Shown here one piece after another: positions 37,510 to 46,948 of a DNA stretch of 52,409 bases. Positions within the stretch are counted from its first letter, which is position 1; each line of letters starts with the position of its first letter. The position numbers and the translations under genes are program-made. This stretch comes from a virus. Its lineage: Duplodnaviria > Caudoviricetes. The notes beneath the pieces were generated by a model. It was not told where the DNA came from. It worked only from the letters and a program-made list of their open reading frames with translations, and made no database searches. Location of the stretch: positions 1 through 52,409 of IMG/VR virus record IMGVR_UViG_3300021093_000107; one strand, 5' to 3'.

Positions 37510-38151
37510 ATGAACCAAGAAGTACAACAAAATCAAGAAGATACCGTAAACCCGGTTGTGTTGATGCCTCACATAGAGGAAGGCGTACCCATACCTAGCA
37601 ATTCTAAAGAAGCACTACCCCCGTTAAACAATGAAGACCAAGTAAGACTAAGATCAAAAACGTATAAAGAGCTTGCTGATTTAACTGGGCATGACATAGA
37701 CCCGACGCCTGAACAAAGAGAAGCTGCGGAAAAGACTATGAAAGAAATGATTAAGAACCCAGATAAAAAACAAGATTTAAAGAAGTATGCGAACGATCAA
37801 GTGGCATACCTAGGAGGCTTAGTTGATGTATATAACCATGCGATTGTAGATGACCTAGCAGAATTGAAGCAGTACGTGGTAGCTAAATTAGTTTACGCGG
37901 TAGAACATACCCAGAACGTGAAAGAACAAATCGCGGCTCTACGCAGTATAGGCGAGGTAGACGGTGTTGATGCCTTCAAGAAAAAGTCTGAAGTGATACA
38001 CAAACATGAAACCATGGAAGAAGTTGAGAAAGAACTTATCACGATGTTGACGGAGTTAAAACAAAAAGTACTTAATAAAAGAGAAACTGACACTATAGAC
38101 GCAGAACTTATCGACGATGACAGAAACGACAGCACCCAAGATAACGAGTAG
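37510..38151 (+). CDS. Putative terminase small subunit
   Basis: Directly precedes and overlaps terL; helical; AL..IG...GVD.F motif. Confidence 0.55.
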   Translation: MNQEVQQNQEDTVNPVVLMPHIEEGVPIPSNSKEALPPLNNEDQVRLRSKTYKELADLTGHDIDPTPEQREAAEKTMKEMIKNPDKKQDLKKYANDQVAYLGGLVDVYNHAIVDDLAELKQYVVAKLVYAVEHTQNVKEQIAALRSIGEVDGVDAFKKKSEVIHKHETMEEVEKELITMLTELKQKVLNKRETDTIDAELIDDDRNDSTQDNE

Positions 38152-39661
38152 AGAACTCGCTGAGTTAGAAGCGTTATATAGCGTAGCTGATTCTCAGGAT
38201 AAAGTGAAACTACAACGGCTTTTAAAAGCATATAAGAGTAAGATGGTTGAGAAGTCTGGTAAAGAGAACTTTTTAGATTTTATACAACATGTGTACCCAG
38301 GATATATAGTAGGAGAGCATCATAGGAAGCTGGCTCAAATCTTTGAAGACGTTACGAACGGTAAAAAGAAACGCGTTATCGTTAACATTGCGCCACGTCA
38401 TGGGAAATCAGAGCTTATTTCTTACTTGGCACCGGCATGGTTTCTTGGCAAGTATCCACACAAAAAGGTTATTATGGCATCTCATACAGCTGACTTGGCA
38501 GTTACTTTTGGTCGTCGTGTCCGTAACCTTGTGGGGTCTGATGCGTATAAAGATATATTTCCACAGGTAGAACTACAAGCTGATAGTAAGTCAGCGTCAC
38601 GATGGGGAACTAATTTTAATGGAGAATACTTTGCTATTGGTGTTGGTGGTGCCCTCGCTGGTCGCGGGGCTGATCTTTTTATCATTGATGACCCTCACTC
38701 TGAACAAGATGCAAAACTTGGAAGGCCTGATGTATTTCTCCCTGCTTGGGAGTGGTTTCAGTCTGGTCCTCTACAGCGTCTTATGCCTGGGGGTTCCATC
38801 ATTGTAGTGATGACTCGGTGGTCTAAGCTTGATCTGACAGGACAAATTGTGGACCAGATGATTAAGAATGACGAGGTAGATCAGTGGGAGGTTGTGGAGT
38901 TTCCTGCTATTATAGAGAATAAGCAAGGTGAGATGGAGTCACTTTGGCCTCAGTTCTGGTCACTTGAAGAACTCTTATCTAAAAAAGCTGCACTTGATAT
39001 TCGGTATTGGAACTCGCAGTATATGCAAAACCCTGTATCAGAAGAAGGGGCATTGATAAAAAGAGAGTGGTGGAACATATGGGAGAATGAGTGTCCACCT
39101 GATTGTGACTTTAAGATAATGAGCTTAGACGCAGCACAAGAATCTAATAATCGAGCTGACTATAATGCATTAACAACTTGGGGTGTCTTTTTTAACGAAG
39201 AAACCAATAATTATAATATAATACTATTAAATAGTATCAAGAAACGACTAGAGTTTCCAGAGCTCAAAGAACTTTGTATACAAGAATACAAAGAATGGGA
39301 ACCCGATGCGTTTTTAGTAGAAAAGAAATCTAACGGTGCTGCACTCTATCAAGAGTTTAGACGTATGGGTATTCCTGTCGGAGAATTTACACCAGGTAAA
39401 GGCCAAGACAAGATCAGTCGTGTAAATGCAGTTTCAGATTTATTTAGAAGTGGTATTGTCTGGGCACCTGATCATAGATGGGCTCATGAAGTAATTGAAG
39501 AGTGTAATGATTTTCCTAGTGGTGCGAATGATGACTTGGTTGATAGCACGACACTAGCATTGATGCGGTTTAGACAAGGTGGCTTCATTAAGTTACCAAG
39601 TGACGAAGCTGAAGATATACCAGGGTATAGAAGTTCTCGAAACAGATTATACGCAATATAA
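38117..39661 (+). CDS. terL: Terminase large subunit
   Basis: APRHGKS, IIDDPH, VMTRW, YMQNP, SLDAA, VEKK.NG, DDLVDS. Confidence 0.95.
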   Translation: MTETTAPKITSRELAELEALYSVADSQDKVKLQRLLKAYKSKMVEKSGKENFLDFIQHVYPGYIVGEHHRKLAQIFEDVTNGKKKRVIVNIAPRHGKSELISYLAPAWFLGKYPHKKVIMASHTADLAVTFGRRVRNLVGSDAYKDIFPQVELQADSKSASRWGTNFNGEYFAIGVGGALAGRGADLFIIDDPHSEQDAKLGRPDVFLPAWEWFQSGPLQRLMPGGSIIVVMTRWSKLDLTGQIVDQMIKNDEVDQWEVVEFPAIIENKQGEMESLWPQFWSLEELLSKKAALDIRYWNSQYMQNPVSEEGALIKREWWNIWENECPPDCDFKIMSLDAAQESNNRADYNALTTWGVFFNEETNNYNIILLNSIKKRLEFPELKELCIQEYKEWEPDAFLVEKKSNGAALYQEFRRMGIPVGEFTPGKGQDKISRVNAVSDLFRSGIVWAPDHRWAHEVIEECNDFPSGANDDLVDSTTLALMRFRQGGFIKLPSDEAEDIPGYRSSRNRLYAI

Positions 39662-39672
39662 GGAAATAATAA

Positions 39673-39951
39673 ATGAATAAGAGGATACCAAGAAAAAAGG
39701 GACAACCTGCAAATTCAAAAAAACATTCTGATTTATACACAGATGAAAACCCTAAAGGAACTATTCATGGTTTAAAATTTGCTACAGCTAAAGATGCTAA
39801 AGCAAGTGTATCTAAAATTAAAAATAGTGGTCGATCTCACGCACATAAAATACAAGCAGCAATTGCCATGGAACAAAGAGCAAGAGTCATGGGTAAACCA
39901 GAAGCAGCAAAAGCATATAGAAAATTTATTAATATAAATAAAAAGTCATAA
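39673..39951 (+). CDS. Small basic hypothetical protein
   Basis: AAGGA RBS; HSDLYTDENPKGTI...HKIQAAIAMEQRA. Confidence 0.65.
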   Translation: MNKRIPRKKGQPANSKKHSDLYTDENPKGTIHGLKFATAKDAKASVSKIKNSGRSHAHKIQAAIAMEQRARVMGKPEAAKAYRKFININKKS

Positions 39952-39961
39952 AGGATAACAT

Positions 39962-42409
39962 ATGGCAAACAATATAGATAAAAGTTTAAACCAAGCACCT
40001 AAAGGTATTGAAGAGTTAGCAAGTGCACAACCGGATTTAAGTATTGAAATTGAAAATCCTGAAAGTGTGACACTTGATGATGGAAGCATGGAAATTACAA
40101 TTGTACCAGGTAAAGAAACTAATGATGAGTTTAATGCCAACCTTGCAGAAGATATGGATGAAGGTCAGCTTACTGAATTATCAGGTGATTTAGTAGGTGA
40201 ATATGATGCTGATATTAATTCAAGAAAAGATTGGTTAAATACATATGTAGATGGTTTAGAGTTATTAGGTTTAAAAGTAGAAGATAGAACAGAACCATGG
40301 CCCGGTTCATGTAATGTGTATCACCCTCTTATGACAGAAGCGTTAGTTAAGTTTCAAGCTGAAACTATGATGGAAACATTTCCAGCGGCGGGTCCAGTTA
40401 AAACAGTCATTATTGGTAAGCAAACAAAAGAAAAAGAAGACGCTGCCGAACGTGTAAAAGATGACATGAATTATCAGCTCACGGACATGATGCCTGAATA
40501 TAGACCCGAACATGAACGCATGTTGTGGGGTTTAGGTTTATCTGGTAACTCATTTAAAAAAGTTTACTACGACCCTAACATGGAACGCCAAGTATCAATG
40601 TATGTTCCTTCAGAAGATATTGTAGTGCCTTATGGTGCATCTAATTTAGAAACAGCAGAGCGTGTTACTCACGTGATGAGAAAGACTAAAAATGAATTAC
40701 ATAAATTACAAGTAGCAGGTTTTTATCGTGATGTAGATTTAGGGGAACCATATTCAGATATTGATGAAGCTGAAAAACAAATTGCAGAGAAGTTAGGATT
40801 TAATCCTACAGAGGATGACAGATATAAAATCTTAGAAATGCATGTTAATATTAATTTAGACAATGGTGATAGTGAAGATGACATAGCTTTACCTTATGTA
40901 ATAACAATTGAAAAAGGCACAGGTACTATATTAGCAATTCGTCGTAATTGGAACCCAGACGACAAACTAAAACAAAAACGTCAGCACTTTGTTCACTATG
41001 GATATATTCCTGGATTTGGGTTTTATTGTTTTGGATTAATTCACTTAATAGGTGCTTTCGCTAAATCAGGCACAATGATTCTTCGTCAGTTAGTAGATGC
41101 AGGCACTCTTTCTAACTTACCAGGTGGTATGAAGTCACGAGGTTTACGAATTAAAGGTGATGACACTCCAATCGCACCAGGTGAATGGAGAGACGTTGAT
41201 GTACCATCAGGCGCTATCCGAGACAACATTTTACCTCTACCATATAAAGAACCAAGTCAAGTATTACAGGGTTTGATGAATCAAATTATTGAAGAAGGTA
41301 GACGTTTTGCATCAGCTGCTGATATGAAAGTATCAGATATGTCTGCTCAGTCTCCAGTAGGTACTACATTAGCAATATTAGAAAGAACCCTCAAAGTAAT
41401 GAGTGCTGTACAAGCGCGTATTTATTATGCAATGAAACAAGAGTTTAAATTACTTAAAGGCATTATTCGTGATTACACTCCAACAGAGTATTCATACGAA
41501 CCTGAAGTAGGTGATCGACGTGCTAAACAATCTGACTATGATAATGTAGATGTTATACCGGTAAGTGATCCTAATGCTGCAACGATGTCACAAAAAGTTG
41601 TGCAATATCAAGCTGTAATGCAAATGGCTCAAGCAAACCCACAAATCTATGATCAAGTAGAACTTAATAAACAAATGCTTGAAGTGTTAGGTGTTAAAAA
41701 TATAGGTAAGTTAATTCCTAATGCCGATGATCAAAAGCCAAAAGATCCTGTGACAGAAAATATGAATATTATCAACGGTAAACCTGTTAAAGCATTTATT
41801 TATCAAGATCATCAAGCCCATATTCAAGTACATATGACAGCGATGCAAGATCCAAAAATTTTACAACTTGTAGGACAAAATCCACAAGCAGGCTTAATTC
41901 AAGCTGCAGCCATGGCGCATATTAATGAGCACGTAGCGTTTGAATATAGACGTCAACTTGAAGAACAATTAGGTGTTCCACTTCCTAAATTTAATGAAAC
42001 ATTGCCCGAAGATGTAGAGTTTGAATTATCTAAGGTTATGGCTGAAGCGGCTAAAAAACTTGCTACTAAATCAGCAGTTGAAGTACAACAAGAGCAAGCT
42101 CAACAACAAGCTCAAGACCCAATCATTCAAATGCAACAACAAGAGTTAGCATTAAAAGCACAAGACCTACAAATCAAACAACAAAAAACTATGGCTGATA
42201 TTGCAATTGATAAAGGCAAATTAGAATTAGAGAAAGCTAAAATGGAAGTAGAAACAAAATTATCTGGGATGGAGTTTGCTGCTAAAGCAACACTAGATAA
42301 AAATAAATTAGATGTACAAAAAGCTATTGACAGTGTAAAAATTGGTTTAGATGCAACAGTTAAAAAACATGAAATTGAAAATCAAAGGAATCAAAAACTA
42401 CAGGAGTAA
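39962..42409 (+). CDS. Portal protein
   Basis: 815 aa after terL; long Q-rich C-terminal coiled coil as in P22-like portals. Confidence 0.85.
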   Translation: MANNIDKSLNQAPKGIEELASAQPDLSIEIENPESVTLDDGSMEITIVPGKETNDEFNANLAEDMDEGQLTELSGDLVGEYDADINSRKDWLNTYVDGLELLGLKVEDRTEPWPGSCNVYHPLMTEALVKFQAETMMETFPAAGPVKTVIIGKQTKEKEDAAERVKDDMNYQLTDMMPEYRPEHERMLWGLGLSGNSFKKVYYDPNMERQVSMYVPSEDIVVPYGASNLETAERVTHVMRKTKNELHKLQVAGFYRDVDLGEPYSDIDEAEKQIAEKLGFNPTEDDRYKILEMHVNINLDNGDSEDDIALPYVITIEKGTGTILAIRRNWNPDDKLKQKRQHFVHYGYIPGFGFYCFGLIHLIGAFAKSGTMILRQLVDAGTLSNLPGGMKSRGLRIKGDDTPIAPGEWRDVDVPSGAIRDNILPLPYKEPSQVLQGLMNQIIEEGRRFASAADMKVSDMSAQSPVGTTLAILERTLKVMSAVQARIYYAMKQEFKLLKGIIRDYTPTEYSYEPEVGDRRAKQSDYDNVDVIPVSDPNAATMSQKVVQYQAVMQMAQANPQIYDQVELNKQMLEVLGVKNIGKLIPNADDQKPKDPVTENMNIINGKPVKAFIYQDHQAHIQVHMTAMQDPKILQLVGQNPQAGLIQAAAMAHINEHVAFEYRRQLEEQLGVPLPKFNETLPEDVEFELSKVMAEAAKKLATKSAVEVQQEQAQQQAQDPIIQMQQQELALKAQDLQIKQQKTMADIAIDKGKLELEKAKMEVETKLSGMEFAAKATLDKNKLDVQKAIDSVKIGLDATVKKHEIENQRNQKLQE

Positions 42410-42413
42410 TTAA

Positions 42414-42608
42414 ATGGACCAAACGCTAGAGCTATTATTGTCTCGAATAGACGATCAGCGCAAACAAGTAATTTTTAATTTAGGAGACGGAGCAGCAAAA
42501 GATTATGCTTCGTACACTAACATGGTCGGATATATACGAGGTCTATCCGTCGCAGAAAGTATCATTAAAGACCTTGCACAAAGAATGGAGACATTTGAAG
42601 ATGAGTGA
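42414..42608 (+). CDS. Small conserved head-module protein
   Basis: AGGAG RBS; Y...VG.IRGL motif. Confidence 0.65.
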   Translation: MDQTLELLLSRIDDQRKQVIFNLGDGAAKDYASYTNMVGYIRGLSVAESIIKDLAQRMETFEDE

Positions 42609-43044
42609 CATACTCACACGGGATAATACTTTGGTAGATGCACAAGGTCGACCAATTATTATTCCAACAATAGATGAAGTAGAAACGGAAGAAATTCCTA
42701 TTGAAGAAAGAGGATTACAGCTTCCAGAACCAAAAGGATATAAGATTTTATGTGCAATTCCTGAAGCATCGGAAACATATGAAAGTGGTTTAGTTAAAGC
42801 GGGACAAACAAAACACATTGAAGAACATTCAACAGTAGTTTTATTTGTGGTAAAAGTAGGCGATTTAGCTTACAAAGACGAGTCAAGATTTCCGACTGGT
42901 CCATGGTGTAAAGAGGGTGATTTTGTTTTGACACGTGCATACGCAGGTACAAGATTTAAAATCCACGGAAGAGAATTCCGCATTATTAACGACGATACTG
43001 TAGAAGGTGTGGTGCAAGATCCACGCGGCTACACTCGCGCATAG
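42601..43044 (+). CDS. groES: GroES/Cpn10-like co-chaperonin
   Basis: P.GYKIL, V.KVG..AY, WCKEGD.V....YAG......E.RIINDD.V.GVV. Confidence 0.85.
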   Translation: MSDILTRDNTLVDAQGRPIIIPTIDEVETEEIPIEERGLQLPEPKGYKILCAIPEASETYESGLVKAGQTKHIEEHSTVVLFVVKVGDLAYKDESRFPTGPWCKEGDFVLTRAYAGTRFKIHGREFRIINDDTVEGVVQDPRGYTRA

Positions 43045-43053
43045 GAGAAAGTT

Positions 43054-44085
43054 ATGGCTGACGTAAAAGATGGAGATATTGTTTTTGAATATCCAGATGA
43101 TGACGAAATACCAGCGGCTAAACCTGCTGAAGAAAAAGAAGTAGAGGCAAAAGCTGAACCTAAAAATGAAGTTAAGGTAGAAGCCAAGGTTAAAGATGAT
43201 GATATTGACCTTGAAATAGAAGACGATACACCACCACAAGATAAAGGTCGCGAGCCTTTACCAAAAGATGTGGTAGAAGAATTAGAAAAAGATACGCTTG
43301 ATGATTACTCTGAACGAGTTAAACAACGTATGGCGCAGCTTAAAAAAGTTTGGCATGACGAAAGACGCGCTAAAGAAGCAGCTGACAGAGAAAGACAAGA
43401 AGCAATTAGATTTGCTCAGCAAATTGCCGAGGAAAATAAGAAGTTAAAAACAACTTTAAGTTCTGGCGAAGCAACTTACATTGAGACACTTAAAGCAGGA
43501 TTAGAGAATCAGCTTAATTTAGCTAAACGCGATTATCGTGAGGCATATGATTCAGGTAATACTGAACAAATTATTGAAGCTCAACAAAAAATGAATGATG
43601 CTCAAATGCGATTGTCTCAAGCTCAAAGCTATAAGCCTCAATACGAAAAAACTTTACAGGAAGCAGAAAATCCTGTATATATACCACAAAATGAACAACC
43701 TTCATACAAACCAGACGACAAAGCCCTAAAATGGCAAGAGAAAAACGAATGGTTTGGTAAAGATGAAGAAATGACCAGCTTAGCGCTAGGTCTACATGAG
43801 AAATTAGTTAGAAGTGGAATCAGTCCTACATCTGATGAATATTATCGTCGTATAGATAGTACGATGCAAAAACGATTCCCAGAATACTTTGGGGATGCAA
43901 CGCTAGACGAGGAAAAACCCGCCGAGCGCACTAAACCTTCGACTGTAGTTGCTCCGGCAACGCGTAGTACCGCGCCTAAAAAAGTACGATTAACAAAAAC
44001 ACAAGTAGCGTTAGCCAAGAAATTTGGTATAACACCGGAACAATATGCAAGAGAAACTTTAAAATTGGAGAATGCAAATGGATAA
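43054..44085 (+). CDS. Putative scaffolding protein
   Basis: Acidic N-terminus, coiled coil, W...N.WFG, C-terminal LT..Q..LAKK.G.T.EQYA. Confidence 0.7.
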   Translation: MADVKDGDIVFEYPDDDEIPAAKPAEEKEVEAKAEPKNEVKVEAKVKDDDIDLEIEDDTPPQDKGREPLPKDVVEELEKDTLDDYSERVKQRMAQLKKVWHDERRAKEAADRERQEAIRFAQQIAEENKKLKTTLSSGEATYIETLKAGLENQLNLAKRDYREAYDSGNTEQIIEAQQKMNDAQMRLSQAQSYKPQYEKTLQEAENPVYIPQNEQPSYKPDDKALKWQEKNEWFGKDEEMTSLALGLHEKLVRSGISPTSDEYYRRIDSTMQKRFPEYFGDATLDEEKPAERTKPSTVVAPATRSTAPKKVRLTKTQVALAKKFGITPEQYARETLKLENANG

Positions 44086-44527
44086 TAAAAGATTAGATCG
44101 TGATTTAGAAGTACGAGAAGAATTTCAACGCGCAGATAGCTGGAAACCCGCCTCACTATTACCTGAGTTTAAAAAGGTACCTGGTTGGGCATATCGCTGG
44201 ATTCGTACTAGTGTTTTAAACGATGCTGATAATCTAAATGTTTCTTCCAAAATGCGTGAAGGATGGGAACCCGTTAAATTAGCGGACCACCCTGAAATGA
44301 AAATAATGGTTGACCAAAATGCTCGGTTTAAAGACGGAGTTGAAATTGGTGGACTATTATTATGCAAGATACCAGAAGAGTTTGTTGCTCAACGTAAGGC
44401 TCACTATGAAAACATAGCAAAACAACAAGCCGATGCAGTGGACAACAGCTTTATGAAACAAAACGATCCGCGTATGCCTCTTTTTTCAGAAAAGAAAGCT
44501 ACAACGTCGTTTGGTAAAGGTAATTAA
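44078..44527 (+). CDS. Conserved head-module protein
   Basis: W.P.S.LP...G..YRWIR..REGWEPV..IGGLLLCK. Confidence 0.7.
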   Translation: MDNKRLDRDLEVREEFQRADSWKPASLLPEFKKVPGWAYRWIRTSVLNDADNLNVSSKMREGWEPVKLADHPEMKIMVDQNARFKDGVEIGGLLLCKIPEEFVAQRKAHYENIAKQQADAVDNSFMKQNDPRMPLFSEKKATTSFGKGN

Positions 44528-44551
44528 TATAAATATTTAAAGGAGACAATT

Positions 44552-45160
44552 ATGGCTTATCCAACCGTAGACGCTCCGTATGGCTTAAAACCAGTTAATT
44601 TAATTGGCGGTCAAGTTTTTGCGGGGTCAACTCGCTTAATGGAAATTGCAGACGGCTATGCTACAAACATTTTCTATGGCGATTTAGTAAAACGTGTTTC
44701 CGATGGAACAATTGAAAAAGACACAGGTACAACTACAGCTACACCTTGCGGTGTGTTTTTAGGCGTGCAGTTCACAAATGGTTCTACCGGTCAAGTACAA
44801 CAACAACAGTTTTACCCAGCTTCACAATCAATTAAATCAGGCACTCAAATTTTTGCAGTCGTTGCAGATGATCCTGATACATTATTCCAAGTAGTTTCTT
44901 GTTCTTCTACAACAACTGTTGCTGCTATGGGTAAATCTGCGATTGGTAATAACATCGCTTTAATTCAAAATGCTGGATCAACTGTTACTGGTGATTCAAA
45001 AGTAGCAATTGACGAAGGAACACAAGCTACTACTAACACTCTACCTATTCGTATTATTGATGTGGTTAGAGATACTGCAACTGGCACTGATTCATTTGTT
45101 GAGTTTATCGTTAAGATTAATGCAACTATGCATCAGTATAACAACTCAACCGGCGTATAA
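44552..45160 (+). CDS. Putative head decoration/minor capsid protein
   Basis: APYGLKPV, IFYGDLV, DDPD..F; beta-rich; directly before the capsid gene. Confidence 0.6.
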   Translation: MAYPTVDAPYGLKPVNLIGGQVFAGSTRLMEIADGYATNIFYGDLVKRVSDGTIEKDTGTTTATPCGVFLGVQFTNGSTGQVQQQQFYPASQSIKSGTQIFAVVADDPDTLFQVVSCSSTTTVAAMGKSAIGNNIALIQNAGSTVTGDSKVAIDEGTQATTNTLPIRIIDVVRDTATGTDSFVEFIVKINATMHQYNNSTGV

Positions 45161-45172
45161 GGAGAATAACAC

Positions 45173-46084
45173 ATGGCTATTTCACGCGCACAGCTCCTTA
45201 AAGAGCTACTCCCAGGACTTAACGCTTTGTTTGGTCTAGAGTATAAACGTTACGGCGAAGAACACAAAGAAATCTACGAAACAGAGACTTCAGAACGTTC
45301 TTTCGAAGAAGAAACAAAACTATCAGGCTTTTCAGCAGCACCTGTTAAAAACGAAGGCTCAGCCATCGCTTATGACAATGCGCAAGAAGCTTTTACTGCT
45401 CGATATAATCATCAAACTATTGCTCTTGGTTTCTCCCTCACAGAAGAAGCTGTAGAAGATAACTTGTATGACACATTATCAGCACGTTACACAAAAGCTT
45501 TAGCTCGCGCTATGGCTTACACAAAACAAGTTAAGGCTGCCGCAGTTCTTAATAATGGCTTTACTGCCGGCGTAAATGCTGGTGGTGATGGTGTAGCATT
45601 ATTTAGTACAGCTCACCCACTTGTTAGTGGTGGCACAAACAGCAACACTCAATCAACTCCAACTGACTTAAATGAAACTGCACTTGAAAATGCGGTTATT
45701 CAAATTGCAGCTTGGACAGATGAGCGTGGGCTATTAATTGCTGCTCAACCTCGTAAATTAGTTGTTGCTCCAAGTAATCAATTCGTTGCAACTCGTTTGC
45801 TCGAAACTGAATTACGTGTATCAACAGCTGACAACGATATCAACGCAATTAAGAACAATGGATCAATCCCAGAGGGTTATACAATTAACCATTACTTGAC
45901 AGATTCTGATGCATATTTCTTAACAACTGATGTACCTAACGGCATGAAACACTTTGTCCGTACACCGTTATCAACCTCTATGGATGGTGACTTTGATACA
46001 GGCAACGTTCGTTACAAAGCCCGTGAACGTTATTCATTTGGATTCTCAGATCCACTTGGTATGTTTGGTTCACCAGGCGCTTAA
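45173..46084 (+). CDS. Major capsid protein (Mu gpT-like)
   Basis: MAISRAQL.KEL.PGLNALFG.EY, DG..LFST.HP, KARERYSFG.SDP; strong RBS; followed by a terminator. Confidence 0.9.
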   Translation: MAISRAQLLKELLPGLNALFGLEYKRYGEEHKEIYETETSERSFEEETKLSGFSAAPVKNEGSAIAYDNAQEAFTARYNHQTIALGFSLTEEAVEDNLYDTLSARYTKALARAMAYTKQVKAAAVLNNGFTAGVNAGGDGVALFSTAHPLVSGGTNSNTQSTPTDLNETALENAVIQIAAWTDERGLLIAAQPRKLVVAPSNQFVATRLLETELRVSTADNDINAIKNNGSIPEGYTINHYLTDSDAYFLTTDVPNGMKHFVRTPLSTSMDGDFDTGNVRYKARERYSFGFSDPLGMFGSPGA

Positions 46085-46110
46085 TTAGCATTTTGCTACG
46101 TACTACTAAG

Positions 46111-46139
46111 GGGCTTGTTTAAAACGCAAGCCCTTTTTT
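46111..46139 (+). terminator. Rho-independent terminator after the capsid gene
   Basis: GGGCTTG-loop-CAAGCCC followed by TTTTTT. Confidence 0.85.
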
Positions 46140-46230
46140 CATGGTTTTCTTGATGTTTGTTTTCATGCAATTTGAAATAATGCAGTTGTAGAGTAGAAAC
46201 TCTATATAACTTTTTGAAAAGGAAAATACT

Positions 46231-46302
46231 ATGTGGACTAAACCAGCTGCAACAGAAATGAGATTTGGCTTTGAAATAACGATGTACGTAATGAATAAGT
46301 AA
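46231..46302 (+). CDS. pqqA: Pyrroloquinoline quinone precursor peptide PqqA ([23 protein letters not shown])
   Basis: Translated by hand; W.KP and R.GFE.TMY with the E-x3-Y core; AAGGA RBS; absent from the ORF track because of size. Confidence 0.95.
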   Translation: MWTKPAATEMRFGFEITMYVMNK

Positions 46303-46343
46303 TGGACTGGGTAACAGACTGTTATTAATTTAGCGATAGATTA

Positions 46344-46367
46344 GGGGGTTTACAGCCTCCTTTTTTA
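46344..46367 (+). terminator. Probable terminator after pqqA, overlapping a TTTACA..TATACT promoter-like site
   Basis: GGGGGT-TTACA-GCCTCC followed by a T-run. Confidence 0.55.
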
Positions 46368-46397
46368 TGTTATACTGCTTTGAACTTAGGAGGTGTT

Positions 46398-46820
46398 ATG
46401 CCACTCAAAGACAAAGCAGCACGCAAAACCTACCATAAAAAATACCATGCAAAGTGGTACGAAGAAAATAAAGAAAAACGCCTTAAACAAATATCAGACT
46501 ATGATAAAACGCAGCCTAAAGAGTGGCGAAAAGCCATAAGTAGAAAATGTAATTTAAAACTCAGATATAATTTAACTCCCCAAGAATACGAAACTAAATT
46601 AGCTAGCCAAGATTATAAATGTGCATTATGTGGTAAAGACGCAAACGACAATATAAGACGAGGCAAAGTAGAACCCTTATGTGTAGATCATTGCCACACT
46701 ACTAAAAAATTAAGAGATTTATTATGTTTTCACTGTAATTCTTTTCTAGGACACGCCAAAGATAATCCAAAAGTTTTATCAAAAGCCGCACAATATCTCA
46801 TAGATTACCAACAAAAATAA
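46398..46820 (+). CDS. Endonuclease VII-family (His-Me finger) free-standing nuclease
   Basis: Y.LT..EY....Q...CALC, VDHCH.T...R.LLC..CN..LG...D; AGGAGG RBS before ATG at 46398. Confidence 0.88.
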   Translation: MPLKDKAARKTYHKKYHAKWYEENKEKRLKQISDYDKTQPKEWRKAISRKCNLKLRYNLTPQEYETKLASQDYKCALCGKDANDNIRRGKVEPLCVDHCHTTKKLRDLLCFHCNSFLGHAKDNPKVLSKAAQYLIDYQQK

Positions 46821-46860
46821 TGCTATAATACTTGCAAATAGTGCCAATTCAGGTATTATT

Positions 46861-46940
46861 TGGGAATCCGGGTTACCCGGCTTATCAGACTGTCCCGGCA
46901 GACGCATACAAGACGGATAAGCTTAACTTTGTATGAAGGA
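46861..46940 (+). ncRNA. Structured RNA element, probably of the Mu-gpT-DE type
   Basis: GC-rich island; GCTTATC/GATAAGC, CCGGG/CCCGG and CATACAA/TTGTATG pairings; downstream of a Mu gpT-like gene; family name is from recall only. Confidence 0.55.
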
Positions 46941-46948
46941 AAAATATC

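Noticed and set aside
42601-43044. GroES without GroEL as a novelty
   Set aside because: Solo co-chaperonins are common in phage head modules
46398-46820. Group I intron around the nuclease
   Set aside because: The capsid gene and pqqA are intact and no intron core elements were seen; the nuclease is free-standing
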